Assembly: GCF_964355755.1 (NCBI RefSeq)
Contig: NC_092671.1
Span: 4,154,001 to 4,218,000 of the forward strand
Reading direction: 5' to 3'
Source of the DNA: Antedon mediterranea
Lineage: Eukaryota; Animalia; Echinodermata
DNA: 64,000 nt
The notes under the pieces are model-generated. The model had not been told where the DNA came from. It ran no database searches and was given only the letters and a program-made list of their open reading frames with translations. Numbering within the stretch: the first letter of the stretch is position 1; every line of letters starts with the position of its first letter. Shown here in pieces: positions 1 through 12,708 of this stretch. Position numbers and translations under genes: made by a program.

Positions 1-1958
1 TCAAATACACTAATATATTTATACAATTATTATAGAATTATCATTATCAGTGTTTTATTAATTAAAATATAATTATAAATATACTGTACGCTATTCACAA
101 AAAAGACTGTGGCATATATGGTATACGGACTAGCACAAATTTGGATTCTTTGATGTGAAATACATATACACATGTAAAGTAGAGTCACTAAATAATGTTA
201 AACATAATAATTATACAATTAATGGTTTTTTTCTGAATGAGAAGAACATTTTTATGAGTTGAAATATTGACTGTTCTAAATATAACAGTCAGGCTTTTTT
301 AAACAGTTATCACCTAGTAACTGTTCTAAAATTAACCTTTATTTTATCCGCAGCACATATCAATTCAATGGAAGACTAGGCCATTATTAAATGGTAGTGT
401 TCTGATTTTGGCTACTGAGTAGAGCAGTTAAGACGCACACTACAAATCGGTTTTAAAATGCACAAACTTCCCTAGTCTTCATAGAACAAAATTCTCAAAA
501 TATTTAATTATTATTATAATTGAAATGCTGAACATGAAATAGAACCTATTTAATGGTTTATTTTATACAGTAGAACACTTTATTAAGGGGACACCTTCAG
601 GACCCAAAAAAAATTGTCCCTTTAAAAGTTGACTGTATTAATTAATTAACCAATTAAATGATAAAAATCAAGTGTGTTTAATTATAATTAATTCATTTTT
701 AACTAATGCTACAAATTAAAATGTGTAATTCTTTCATCAATGGGACAAATGTATCTAGCTAACGTTTACAACAAAACATTTCCTTGCATACATTCAACAA
801 AATACATTTACGAGGTAAACTCATATTTCCAGTTAAACATATCCTAAAATAATTTTATTATCATAATATTATTTACTAACAATTTAGTGTTTAATATGTG
901 CTGTATATTAGAGCTTTAGTCAAATACAAACGTACAGTAGGCAGGCAATTTTGAAATATTTAAATGTTGTTATCACTTGTGATTATTTAAAGGTTATGCA
1001 TCTGCTGGTCTGCCAAGTGATAAGCTAAAGTGCAATGCTAAATCTTTATTCTACTCCAGAGTCAAAAACTATTTATGTAATGTACAAACACTTTCAATGT
1101 GGAATGTGTAATTCCCATTCAACTACTATTTACACTAAAAGATATTAGCACCCTGTAGCTTACATCAGATTAATGAGTTTTATACAAAAACGAAAAAAAA
1201 AAGGACAAAAATATCGATCAAGCATATTATTGCGACTCTATAAATATTTATATTATGAATCGAAAGTGCATTTAGTATTAAGTAGAAACGTACGTGCAAT
1301 TGTAAAACATTTAGAAAACAAACATCAATATAAACAATGAATATATTTTATAGATGTTTAAAATATTTATTTGTAATTTATAGAATTACAATACATGCAA
1401 CAATATTACAAATGAAATATTAATAATTTTTTATACACAAACCGAGCTTGTGTTTTAATACTCAGACTGGGATAAATTCTAAAATTAAAAATTCATAACA
1501 GAAGAAAAAAAATAACAAGTCACATAAAAAAGCTATTAGAGTGTAGATAACAGTTAATTTTCAGGAAATAATTTCGTCAGTGTAGCATAGCAAAAAGCTA
1601 TACAAAACTACATTACTGCATGCAAAATATTTACAAATTGTTTAGCAGCCAAAAATACTTCACACGCCCTTGCGTTGTGACCAGGTTGGCACAACAGCTA
1701 ATAGTAAAGTTTATCCAATACACAAATTAAGATTAAATAAATTGATGTGCTAATTAATGCTAAATAATTATATTATATAAATCATGTAAACTTCTGTGGT
1801 ACATTGCAAATTATTGATCTTTATTGATCTCAACTATGTTTTAATAAAAAAGTACTTTTATTATGCTTTTTATTCTTATCATAATAAAACAATGGATAGC
1901 ACTTTAATATTACAAATATATTCAATAATGGATTAAAAAGATAACTTTTATTGTACAA

Positions 1959-2180
1959 CAGTAGAACATCTAAGTTAAATAAAGTTTGGTCCCAACAAGG
2001 GCTCAACGAAAGGAATAGTGTAACGCCAGTAATTTGACCTACCTGTACCTATTGATTCATGATTGGTAAAATTGTTTGCGGTATGTTTACGTACTTGAGT
2101 TGCATCGAAGTTGGAAACAAACTTAAGGGGACACCTTCATGACCCAACAAAGTGTCCCCTGAATAGAGGTTCTACCGTAA
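1959..2180. mobile_element. MITE family B (pogo/Tigger-like ends CAGTAGAAC...GTTCTAC[TC]GTA) containing a family C fragment
   Basis: Internal AGGGGACACCTT..AAGTGTCCCCTGAATAGAGG. Related pieces at ~566-638, 5155-5185, 16786-16851, 18770-18913, 23299-23450, 24959-25025, 33454-33555, 55646-55886. Confidence 0.65.
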
Positions 2181-2663
2181 TATTATCTATTTATTATTCC
2201 TTTCCGCTTCTGCTATGTAACAGTGAGCTTATGTCGACTCAACTTAAATCAACTGAACACAACTGACCTCAACTGACCTCAACTGGCCGCAACTGGACGT
2301 ACAAAAAATGTCAACATTATTAAAGCTTAGTTACTTTTGGTTGCCCATACATAAGCACTCACACATTTTTCAGTTCCGTTGAGTTGCTCAAAAGTCGACA
2401 AAAGCGCTCTCGCACAACTATAGTTCCTTTCATTTCAGTTGAGTTTTGTGTCGACATCTCGCCTTAAGACAGCAAAACTGAATACACATTTCTTTAATAC
2501 TAGCCGAGTGTATCATATGACGGTTTAGTTCACATTCAATTTAAATAAATTTATTAAATTTTTAAATGTACCATTTCATTATTGAAAACATTTATGCGAA
2601 ATAAAGATTTTTATTCCATCTTCATATTTTAGCCAAGCAAAACTCCAGAGTTTACACATGCTT

Positions 2664-3072
2664 GGGCATCAACACAGCGTTTTGTAAGGTGTGTACAACG
2701 CTGTGTACTAGGCAATGTGAAAGGGACATTAGGCATCAACACAGCGTTTTGTAAGGTGTGTACCACGATGTGTACTAGGCAATGTGAAAGGGACATTAGG
2801 CATCAACACAGCGTTTTGTAAGGTGTGTACCACGCTGTGTACTAGGCAATGTGAAAGGGACATTAGGCATCAACACAGCGTTTTGTAAGGTGTGTACCAC
2901 GCTGTGTACTAGGCAATGTGAAAGGGACATTAGGCATCAACACAGTGTTTTGTAAGGTGTGTACCACGCTGTGTACTAGGTAATGTGAAAGGGACATTAG
3001 GCTACAACACAGCGTTTTGTAAGGTGTGTACCACATTGTGTACTAGGCAATGTGAAAGGGACATTAGGCTAC
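2664..3072. repeat. 67-bp minisatellite, ~6 copies
   Basis: Units start at 2664, 2731, 2798, 2865, 2932, 2999; near-identical. Confidence 0.95.
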
Positions 3073-3146
3073 ATGAATATTAAAATCAGGAGTTTTGTTA
3101 GATGTTGTGAAAAAGGGGGCAATAGACATGAAGTAAATAATGTTTA

Positions 3147-3291
3147 TAAAGCTCTGTCTACCTATCAAACTTTATGTGACAAAAAAATTCTGATGTGCCC
3201 ATATATGGACATGATGATGTCATATCACTTACATATGTGGGCACATCACACTTTTTTGTCAAACTAATTTGATAGTGTGGACAGAGCTTTA
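3147..3291. mobile_element. MITE family A (TIR AAAGCTCTGTCTACACTATCAAACT, TA-flanked)
   Basis: ~140-bp element with terminal and internal inverted repeats; at least 11 copies in the window. Confidence 0.85.
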
Positions 3292-4244
3292 TATTGTTGT
3301 CAAAGATCAAGCATGTTGTCTGACATGTCTCGAACCCTTCAATATTGAATGTGAGCTTAATAGGGAATATAATGTGTATGCCATAATGTATGCAACCCTA
3401 CCCTGACAATGATGACAGCTCGAATACAGTATACAGTATAGTAGTACTACTACTGGTACTAGTAGTACATTTCACATATCGTAGGTTATGACAGAAAAGA
3501 TTTTATTTGTAAAATTAAACAAATTGGGTGTTTTTTTGTATTGTACTAAAAGTACATTTTTTTATCATTGTATTTTTTTCTTTTTTTCAGTTTGAAAATC
3601 TAGTATCAATAAGCAAAACTTGAATTTCAATAAATTGAACTGAGTGAGAAAAAATGGTGTTTTTTTTTTGTTTTTATTCGGCAGAACTGGAGTAAATGCA
3701 AATGAATATGCCATCCGTAATAGTAATACCACATATTTAGGTTGATTTTATTGTATTACAACTTCAAACAATATTATCTGCGTTTGACATAAATACTGTA
3801 ATAATAAATGAAATTAAAATCTATGGTCAAACTGAAGTGCGAAACATAACACAGTCAAGATAACTGGATTCCTATGTTACCATGAATATACTCTTTTGAT
3901 CCATAAACCACAAACAGATTAAAAGACTCCATGCATTAATTCATTATTGTATTGACCAATTGATAAAACCTATTGCCAGCCTAATGGCCTGCTATCAATA
4001 TGCCGACAGCTTTATTTGGTATCGCATTGCATTAGTACTTGATAAGTGTGCCACTTATTTGCACAGACTATAAACTGAAGCTTTTATCATGGGAAGTCTA
4101 TAAATCTTAACTTAACACATACTTAACCTATAACTCTAGTCATGTACTATTGCAGTATATACAAATTGTGTGCTATAATAAAAGCATTTAGGTACATGCA
4201 CTATTGGACATTATCCCACAAATCATCTACTATTATCAAAAAGG

Positions 4245-4553
4245 GTGAGGGCGTGTGGCGCAGTGTGTTTGACGTTCGACTACTGGTCATGAGATCGAGG
4301 TTCGAATCCAATTCTCGTCGCATTGCTTGTATTCTTAGGCAAGATACTTTACTTGCGTTTGCCTCTCTCTACCCAGGTGTATAAATGGGTACCCGGTTTA
4401 GATCAAGACACACCTTTGCGCTGATTACTAGCTGCATTATGGGAGTATGTTTCCATACGTGTTTGATCCAAAAAAATAACTGGGGTAATAATGTTCAGCG
4501 CATTGAGAGCGTGCTTATATGTGCTATATAAGAATGAACTATTATTATTATTA
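4245..4553 (+). mobile_element. tRNA-derived SINE with Deu/Nin-type central domain and (ATT)n tail
   Basis: A box TGGCGCAGTG, B box GGTTCGAATCC, conserved-domain text TTGCCTCTCTCTACCCAGGTGTATAAATGGGTACC, L2-like 3' end finishing in ATTATTATT. Confidence 0.8.
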
Positions 4554-4831
4554 CTTCTTCTGTACATCCCTGTCCCCAATCTCTTCCCTAATTTTCAAAA
4601 ATTACAGTGCAAAGGGTAGGAAATTAGGTGAAGTTCAGCATTTCATTTCACGATTATTAGGCCCCTGAGTGAAATCCCTATTTAAGTTCAAATTACTATT
4701 TTAATATACTGTAGAGACAGACCTCTGGAGAAAATATCTTAAATGGAATATTTGGGACAAACCTCTACAGTATGCCTCTATGTTATTGTGATTATCTTAC
4801 CTGTTAAGAATAGTAGGCCTATATCTCCTCT

Positions 4832-5062
4832 TGATGATGAAAGATGATGAAGACAATGATGATGATGATGATAATGATGATGTTGATAATGATGATGATA
4901 ATGATGATAATAATGATGATGATAATGGTGATGATAATGGTGATAATAATGATAATGATGACGTTGATAATGATGGTGATGATGATGGTGATGATTATGG
5001 TGATAAATGATGGTGATAATGATAGGTGATAATAATGATGATGATGATGATAATGATGATTA
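4832..5062. repeat. (ATG/ATA)n trinucleotide low-complexity tract
   Basis: GATGATGATAAT runs; similar tracts at ~38630-38970 and 42970-43200. Confidence 0.95.
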
Positions 5063-5645
5063 TTCAAATGTGATCAATAAAAGTGATATGAGACATGTCA
5101 CTTGAATAGGGGATCTGCAGTGGTATAAACATATTTCCCCTAATTTGTTTCACAGAAAAGTGTCCCCTGAATAGGGGTTCTACACTTCTAAAAATGTCAA
5201 AATGTAGAAACAATTGTAAAAATAGAGACATTCTTTTGTAATGCGGTCTTTTAGTTACAAATCAATATTTAAAAAAAACAAAAGAGCTCTACAAATGAAA
5301 AATATTATACAATCGCAAACTAATGACATTCTGAATTCTTTAAAATGCCGTCTAGTCTACCAAATATTATCCTTATTAATATAAATTACGTCAACTGTTC
5401 AATTTTTCTCAACCGATTTGCACGTTCACCGAAACAAACTGTATCGAACTATAACAGGTCTGTTCGACAGCTGCCTTTAGTCAGCCTTTCCTAGAAATCA
5501 AAGCATGGCTGGGCATTATTATTTTACTTATTAATCTATAAAAATACTTCAGAAAAATATAGGGGTCAAAGGACAATTGTCATAAAATATTGTAGTTATG
5601 TAGGGTAATTGATGGTCAGTTTTACCATTGGTCAGACAGCTTAGA

Positions 5646-6893
5646 ATAATATTAAAGGTCATCTAGTCTCAAATAAGAAGGAATGTATGATAAAATGTCA
5701 ACATATCAATAAAAATTAATAGAAATAAAAGACATTTTTGCTTTACCACAAAAATGTCTTTTATTCTATATTCTAGAACTATATATTTTAGAACCATATA
5801 AACAAGTATATTTTTATTTATTGATTTTTTTAATTTATTGTTTTTTTAGTATTATAATAGTGGCATGCCTAATTAGCAACAGAAGCTGTTGTTAGTCACT
5901 CCTTGGCGCAATCAAGCAATTTCTTGCTTTGTGTTTGTCGAAAATTAATAAAATAAAAAATTAAGCAAAATAATTGGCAAAATGCTGAATTATATTAATA
6001 TAATATTAAAGGTCATCTAGTCTCAAATAAGAAGGAATGTAAATGATAAAATGTCCACATATCAATAAAAATTAATAGAAATAAAAGACATTTTTGTGGT
6101 AAAGCATAAAGCTATTTTTTTTTTAATGAAAGGTTTTATGACTATACTACAATACATACTTTTTTTTTTAAAGTGGAAAGCAACATTATTCACTCGGACA
6201 AAACCAGAATAAATACTTTCACTAAGATTAAAACTAAGGAAATTTAAAAATATAATATTAACGCGTCAATAAAAATGTGTTTGTATGGTTGATTCTCTAC
6301 AACTGTATATTTTTTTGGCGAATAGAATAAGGGAGAATTATTATACTTAATTTGCAAGATAACCTTTACGTACAAACCATCTGCGAAGCCTGCAAGAAGT
6401 GTGTGATGATTGACAAAATGGGATCAACGTGTCAACAGTCGGGTCAAGACAATAATTAACACGCTTATCAGTTGCTTAATTGATATTTTATAGCTCCCAG
6501 AGAAATATGTGTCATGACTTAGGCTACTAGAGGACAATGATAATAAACACAATAAAGATTTTAAAAGAAATTTTTATTTTGTTCATACAGTATTATCATA
6601 TTATTCATAGTGCAATACGATACTGGCTGATGTTAGAAATAAAGTTTTATGTGAAAGCTAGCTACATTTTAAAGATTTAAAAATTATTTTAGAACCATAT
6701 AAACTACAGTATACTTTTATATATCAATTTTTTTAATTTATTGTTTTTTAGTATTATATATAGTGGCAGGCCTAATTAGTAATACAGTAGAAGCTGTTAG
6801 TCACTCCTTGGCGCAATCAAGCAATTTCTTGCTTTGTGTTTGCCGAAAATTAATAAAATAAAAAATTAAGTAAAATAATTGGCAAAATGCTGA
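5646..6893. repeat. Complex local duplication (A, inverted A end, B, A ... B)
   Basis: 5646-5740 ~ 6000-6096; 5741-5769 is the reverse complement of ~6075-6104; 5785-5989 ~ 6685-6893. Confidence 0.85.
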
Positions 6894-7364
6894 AAGATAG
6901 ATAGCATGCTCTACATTTACAGTATTGTGTTAATTTTGCACCAACCTGCACAAGAATACAAAAAATGGCAAAACATTTTGTTATTCTGCAACAACAATAT
7001 ATATATATATATCGTTCAATAAAATAATTATTTTTTGTGTGTCATTCTTTTGTAATGGACTTGTTATTATATATGTTGTTCTTAATAAGAAAATATACTG
7101 TACAATAATAATAACAATTTAATAACTGTATTTATTATAAATGGCAATAATACTATAATAAATGTTACATGATTTTGATGAATTATAATAATAAAGTATT
7201 GAATGATTTATGTTCAAAATACATTTATTCAAATCTAATATAAATATATTACAGATCTATAAAAAAACATTAATAAAATAATGATTAAGAAAATAAATAA
7301 TACATATACTATACTTACATATTGATGGCAGTTGGTATTTTAAAGGTGTTTTTTTCCATTTTGA

Positions 7365-10300
7365 CTAGCATAGCTGTTTTATGTGGGAACTGTATATATC
7401 TTGTAGCCCCAATCTTGTGAATTTTTCATCTAATTCAGACATGTCTTCATATTCAAACATCTCCAAATCAGTCAATTCACTAAAAGAATAAAATAGTAAG
7501 ATTTTACAAAATAAAAAGTTATTCGTAAGACAGATCATTTATCTATTATCTATGTACTTTACTAATTAAACTTGTAAGAGGGTCGGAGGTCAAGACTCCT
7601 TCAGTGCATGCCATTAATGTTTGTTTTTAGGCAAGATGCTATAGCAGGATACTACATGATATAATATACTTATTATTAATACAGATAGTTAGTCCAGGAC
7701 TAAAGATGTCTCCTTTCATGAACACAGGCCTACATGTTGTTAAATCCAAAGGCAATTTACTAAAAAAAAATGACAATGCTGTAGGTATCAGTGGGAAACT
7801 GAATAAGCAAAAGCTATACAAAACGATAGTAAAACAGCCAGAAAAAATTGCAGAGCTTTCGAGCAACACTAGCCCTTCCAATAGTGTTCTTTTTTTCCAA
7901 TATTGAATTGTTATTCATAGGATATCATATCTTAAAGTTTTACTTATAATGGTGCCCGTTTCCATCAATCAATTATAAATGAATGTGCACATGATTATTA
8001 AATAAATGTAGCATGATACTCATAGTTTTGACTTTGACTATTGTTGTGATAAATGCATACATATCCATCTTTTATCTTTTACAGTAAGCAAGACAATATA
8101 ATTTATCACAATCTGATAAGTAATGTTTCATAAATGATTTATTGTTGTTTGTATTATTATTTTTCCATTAATTTTTGTCCCCCTAAAAAAATATTATTAT
8201 TAATTTGAACAAAAATTGAAAAAATATTTATTTAACTGAAACTGTAATTTAATGCAACAAATATTCAAATTGACTGGTTTTGGTTGAATTTAACCATTTC
8301 TTTTTTCTTTTTATAAGTAAAAACATTATAATTTTTTTACAGAAGTGATTAAAATTAATCAATTATTAATACAGTAACTGCGAAATGGCCTATTGAAATA
8401 AATCTTCATTTTTCATATTTTTTGTTGGACAATACATCTTTAAATTATTATTACACATGACGCACAAACGATTACTATTGCCATAGGCAATGATGATAAT
8501 GAAAAAATGTATACCTATTAATATAATTTATCACAATATATGTAAATTGTTTATAAATGGTTATATTTATATATCATCATTTATTTTCATTAATTTATTA
8601 TTATATTCAATATTCTTGTACTTTCGTTTTCATTAATTTACTTGTTTAATATTACTTATCTTAGTTATTGTTATTATTATTATTTATAGGCTATTTGTAA
8701 ATAATAACTGTACTATATTTTATTATTATGTAGATTAGTAGGAATAATTAATTATATGTAATAACAATACAGTTATGTATTTTATACCGTCATGAATGCC
8801 TGGTCCTTCTAATGGGACATTTACGCTATAAGCCAATGCCCACAAAAGACACAGAACTAGGCACACTTGTAATCGCCTCCTAGCCTGCTCATCATTAGTT
8901 GATTTTTACTACAGCTGTGTGAATCTGTAGAGGGCCTAATACTAAAACAAAAGACAGCCCTCCTATAACATTTTAACTTAAATTAATCATATTAGTTCAA
9001 GTACCATGTCTTAACCATGGATGAATTACCCAATTAGACATGATACATGGAATTCTCAAAGACTAACTGCACATCTGCTGTTTAGTACATTGACATTTTA
9101 ACAACCTTTAATTACTAAACACAATCTCGCATTGTGTGGGATGGCCTCCTGCATTCAAAATGTTTATGAAATGCATGACTGCAAGATATACTTAAGCTCT
9201 GTCTACACTATCAAACTAGTTTGACAAAAAAAGTTTAAATGAACCCAAATATAGTAGTGTCCATATTTGGGCACATCGCATTTTTTTTTGTCACACACAG
9301 TTTCTACACTATTAAGCTACGGTAGTGATATGCCTTAATATGGAGGTGATATGATATCATCATGCCCATTTTATTTATTTTATTCAGTTGTCAACCAACA
9401 GCAATGAAACCACCACTAACAGGTATACATGGGTGCATCACATTTTTTGTCACAAAAAGTTTGATAGTGTAGACAGAGACTATGACAAGCATTTTCAAAA
9501 TCAAGCTACATCAAAAAACTTAAAATTCTTACAGCTTAATATACATTTATTGAGACATTTAAAAAAAAATCTTTGTTTTAGAATATTTGATTTTGTTCCA
9601 AAGGCACATTATGTACAGTATGAAACCAAAAATTACCACAGGGAATATACAGTATGCATAAATTGTAGATTATTCTTGATACACCTGCCAAACCAATGAA
9701 TATAACAAGAACCCCTGAAGAATGAATACCAATAGGATTTGAAGGAAATTCTCAATTAATCAAAAACTACAATGTAAATTCTTATCATGATGAATGTGAA
9801 AAAAGGATCTAGTGTTCAATTCCTAAATATCTCCCAAGTATTAATTCTAGTTTAGCCCATGGAGTGAAGATACTGGCTTACTGTACCAGCCCAGTGAGGT
9901 CACTTAAAAATACTTTTTCATTGTGTACTTACAGTAAAGTGCTTGAAGGTACAGTAAATCAACCAAAACTTTCATCATTCGTTCTTTACAACTTTTTCCA
10001 TGTGAGTCCACATCTACGTTTTGAGTTTTCAATCTCACTAAAAACTCCTGAAATTGAAACAAAGTGAACAAATATTGTAAGTAGCAATTATACATCCAAT
10101 CTAGTTCGTGAAATAATGAATACGGCATTTGGTTGAAGTAAAAGGAGTTGTCTACAAACACATTTTTGCAAAATTTTTCATTTTGACATAGCCAAATGAC
10201 TAAAGGGGAAATTGAAGTGGTACCAGTTTAGGAGGAGCAACACATTTCAGGTTGAGTGCAACTTACAAAAAAAAAGAATATGGGGCCTGGTCACAACAGT

Positions 10301-12708
10301 TATAGCGATAATGCTTAATTTTTAGCATTAGATTGTGCAGTAAAAAAAATGGTAATTTTTAAGTTAGCTTTTAGTGATTTTAGTGTCAAAATATTCGGAT
10401 TTAAAATACTTGCCTTAACATTTATTTGGCTACCATTAAGTAATATAAATATCAAGTTTTTCACAAAGAATATTCCACCTCTGACTGACAGGTCGAGTGC
10501 CCACTTACAAAGCTTCTTACAATACTTGGTTCGAGCCCGCATGTGATCAAGTTGACATAGTACTGTACACCCTAATAAAAAAAAATATAATTTATAGTTC
10601 ATCATTCACAAAACATGAAAAAAAACCATTGTATTAGTGATTAAAAGCGCATCATAATATCATGGTTCACACCTAAATTTGTATCAAAGTGAAAAGAATC
10701 TATGAATAGAAGTGGTCACTATAAGCTGTCTTCACTATCAAACTAGTTTGACAAAAAAAGTTTGATGTACCCAAACATGGTAGTAATATGACATCATCGT
10801 GTCCATAGGCACATCACATTTTTTTGTTACATAAAGTTTGATTGTGTAGACAGATCATTAATGTCAAGGTTCCAATGCAACATAGATATACAACGCATTG
10901 CAAGTAATTTGATCAATCATGATGCAACAGATCATCTCAACTGTGATTGTTCAACTCACTTGTATTGCGCCGTCATTGCGTTGCGTTTAATGGGAAAAGA
11001 ACTAAATTAATTATTGATTGTACTGTAGGGAAAACAAACAGGCTTTTAGATATTGGTCAAGCCCTACACTTCTGCTGGCATGAGGCTCACTCACAACCAC
11101 AAGCACCAAAAATCTTGCGCTTTTTCACCAATCTCAATTTATTTTTTCAAATAGCTTGAAAAAATGTTGTCTCAATTTAGGATGGAAAATTTTAAGCCAG
11201 CAGCAACCTCAAACTTGACATGTATATAAGACTTGTCTGTTATTGGAGATGTGCATAGTATATAGTTGGAAAATATTAAAATTTTAATTAAATTTACCAG
11301 CCTGAGAGCTTGAACCAGCGACCTCCACAGATGCTGCTTCTGTCTGTATGTACTTTCCTGCATTTTCTTGCACCCACATTACCTGATCCATTATCATAGG
11401 TTGTGACCTCAAGTCTTCAGAATGCACCAACAAGTCATGTTTCAAAGAATCGAGGAATTTGCGATTGAGTTCAGTTGATGAAAGGGAAATATCAGGCAAA
11501 TTATTTGGGTAATCTCGAGGCAGAGTAAATGTTATTTGTAGGTTTACAGGGCGACCATGATTGATTTCTTCTAATTTTATTTGAATTCTAAACAACTTGT
11601 TTGGTGAATCTGAAATTTGATAAACATTTATTTAATATATACATACTTGAGTTGTTGTTCTTTTCTAACTTATTTCAGATTTTAGGCTTATTTAGGTGAC
11701 TGTGATATTAATAATAAATAGGCCTAGGCCTAGTCCTAGACTAGTAGTTTAGTTTAGTTTAGTTATAATGGGAAAGTTTAGGCGATGTGCCTTTTTAAAC
11801 CCCATATCAACTACATTGTGTCGATGCGATTCTTGAAGGTATTAGCGGTCTCAGAATTGACAACGTCGGCTGGTAAACTGTTCCAATGGTTTATTACTCA
11901 TTGCGAAAAGGTATGTCTTCTACAGTTCAATCCTTTATGGAAAGTAGGCTTGAAAAATCTCAGGTGATGCCCTCGAGTAATTCTGCTAATGTTACTTCTC
12001 ATTTGGAAAAAGTCATCCTTGGCTACACCCTCGAAATCTTTAACAATTTTATATGCTTCAATCAGGTCACCTCGAATTCTTCTGTCATACAAGGTTGTTA
12101 GGCCAAGAAACTTTAAACGATCTTCATATGAATATGAACAGTAGTAGTAGTAGTACAGTAGTTATTATTATTATTAAGTAGACTCCTAACTAGCCTACTA
12201 GTCCTATTAGTAGGTATAATAGGCCTGGGGTGGGCCCAGCGTTGCCATTGATAACATTTAAATTATGCCGGCCGTATCCTGTCTGTGATGTGTCTCAAAT
12301 AATGCCAGATTGGGAAAAATAATGCCAGATCCCCAAAATGTGGCCCCAAACAGCCCAGCAGTAGTAGTAGTAATTACCCGGCCAGCCTAGGCCACAGACT
12401 GAAGAATGGAAAGGAAGTAGGCCTAGGCATAGCCTTCGGCTTAATTTTACGTCTAGTAGGCCTAGGCTAGGCCTAGTTAGGCCTATCTAGGCCTACAGTA
12501 GGCCAGCTGGGCCAGGCCCTAGCTAGCCTATAGGCTACTAGTAGGCCTAGAATTAGGTAGGCTAAATAAAAATGATTGGATTAATTATTGTGTGAATCGT
12601 ACTTAAATCTGACAACTCGGTAAATTCTCCATCTCCACTGAAAATTGCCTTTAATGCTTCTAATTCATAAGAAATATCGTAGTTGTCAATCATTGCTGAT
12701 TCGGCCAT
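7365..12708 (-). CDS. RWDD3: RWD domain-containing protein 3 (RSUME), 5 coding exons, ~268 aa
   Basis: Exons 12708-12603, 11609-11298, 10571-10414, 10047-9933 (or 9953), 7479-7365. RWD domain (ELEALKAIF...LPRDYPNNLP), then RWDD3-type motifs LDHMRARTKY..KWA and KTQNVDVDSHGKSCKERMM. Phases agree except at the last junction (see findings). Intron 3 is GC-AG. Confidence 0.9.
9193..9478. mobile_element. MITE family A, composite/rearranged copy
   Basis: Same TIRs; internal segments partly duplicated. Confidence 0.75.
10722..10859. mobile_element. MITE family A
   Basis: Matches 3147-3291 in reverse orientation. Confidence 0.8.
11745..12140 (-). mobile_element. CR1-clade LINE 3' fragment in RWDD3 intron 1
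   Basis: ORF2 C-terminal peptide RRIRGDLIEAYKI...TRGHHLR...RRHTFSQ*VINHWNSLP...FKNRID, short 3'UTR and (CTAAA)n tail. Confidence 0.85.

Noticed and set aside
2664-3072. CRISPR-like array
   Set aside because: Units are contiguous and near-identical with no unique spacers, there are no cas genes, and the context is eukaryotic.
4249-4320. tRNA gene
   Set aside because: A and B boxes are present but the cloverleaf is poor and it runs straight into a SINE body and tail.
4819-5067. Poly-Ile / poly-Met ORFs
   Set aside because: Translations of an (ATG)n microsatellite.
1-7300. Additional protein-coding gene
   Set aside because: No chain of phase-compatible exons found; AT-rich DNA with repeats only.
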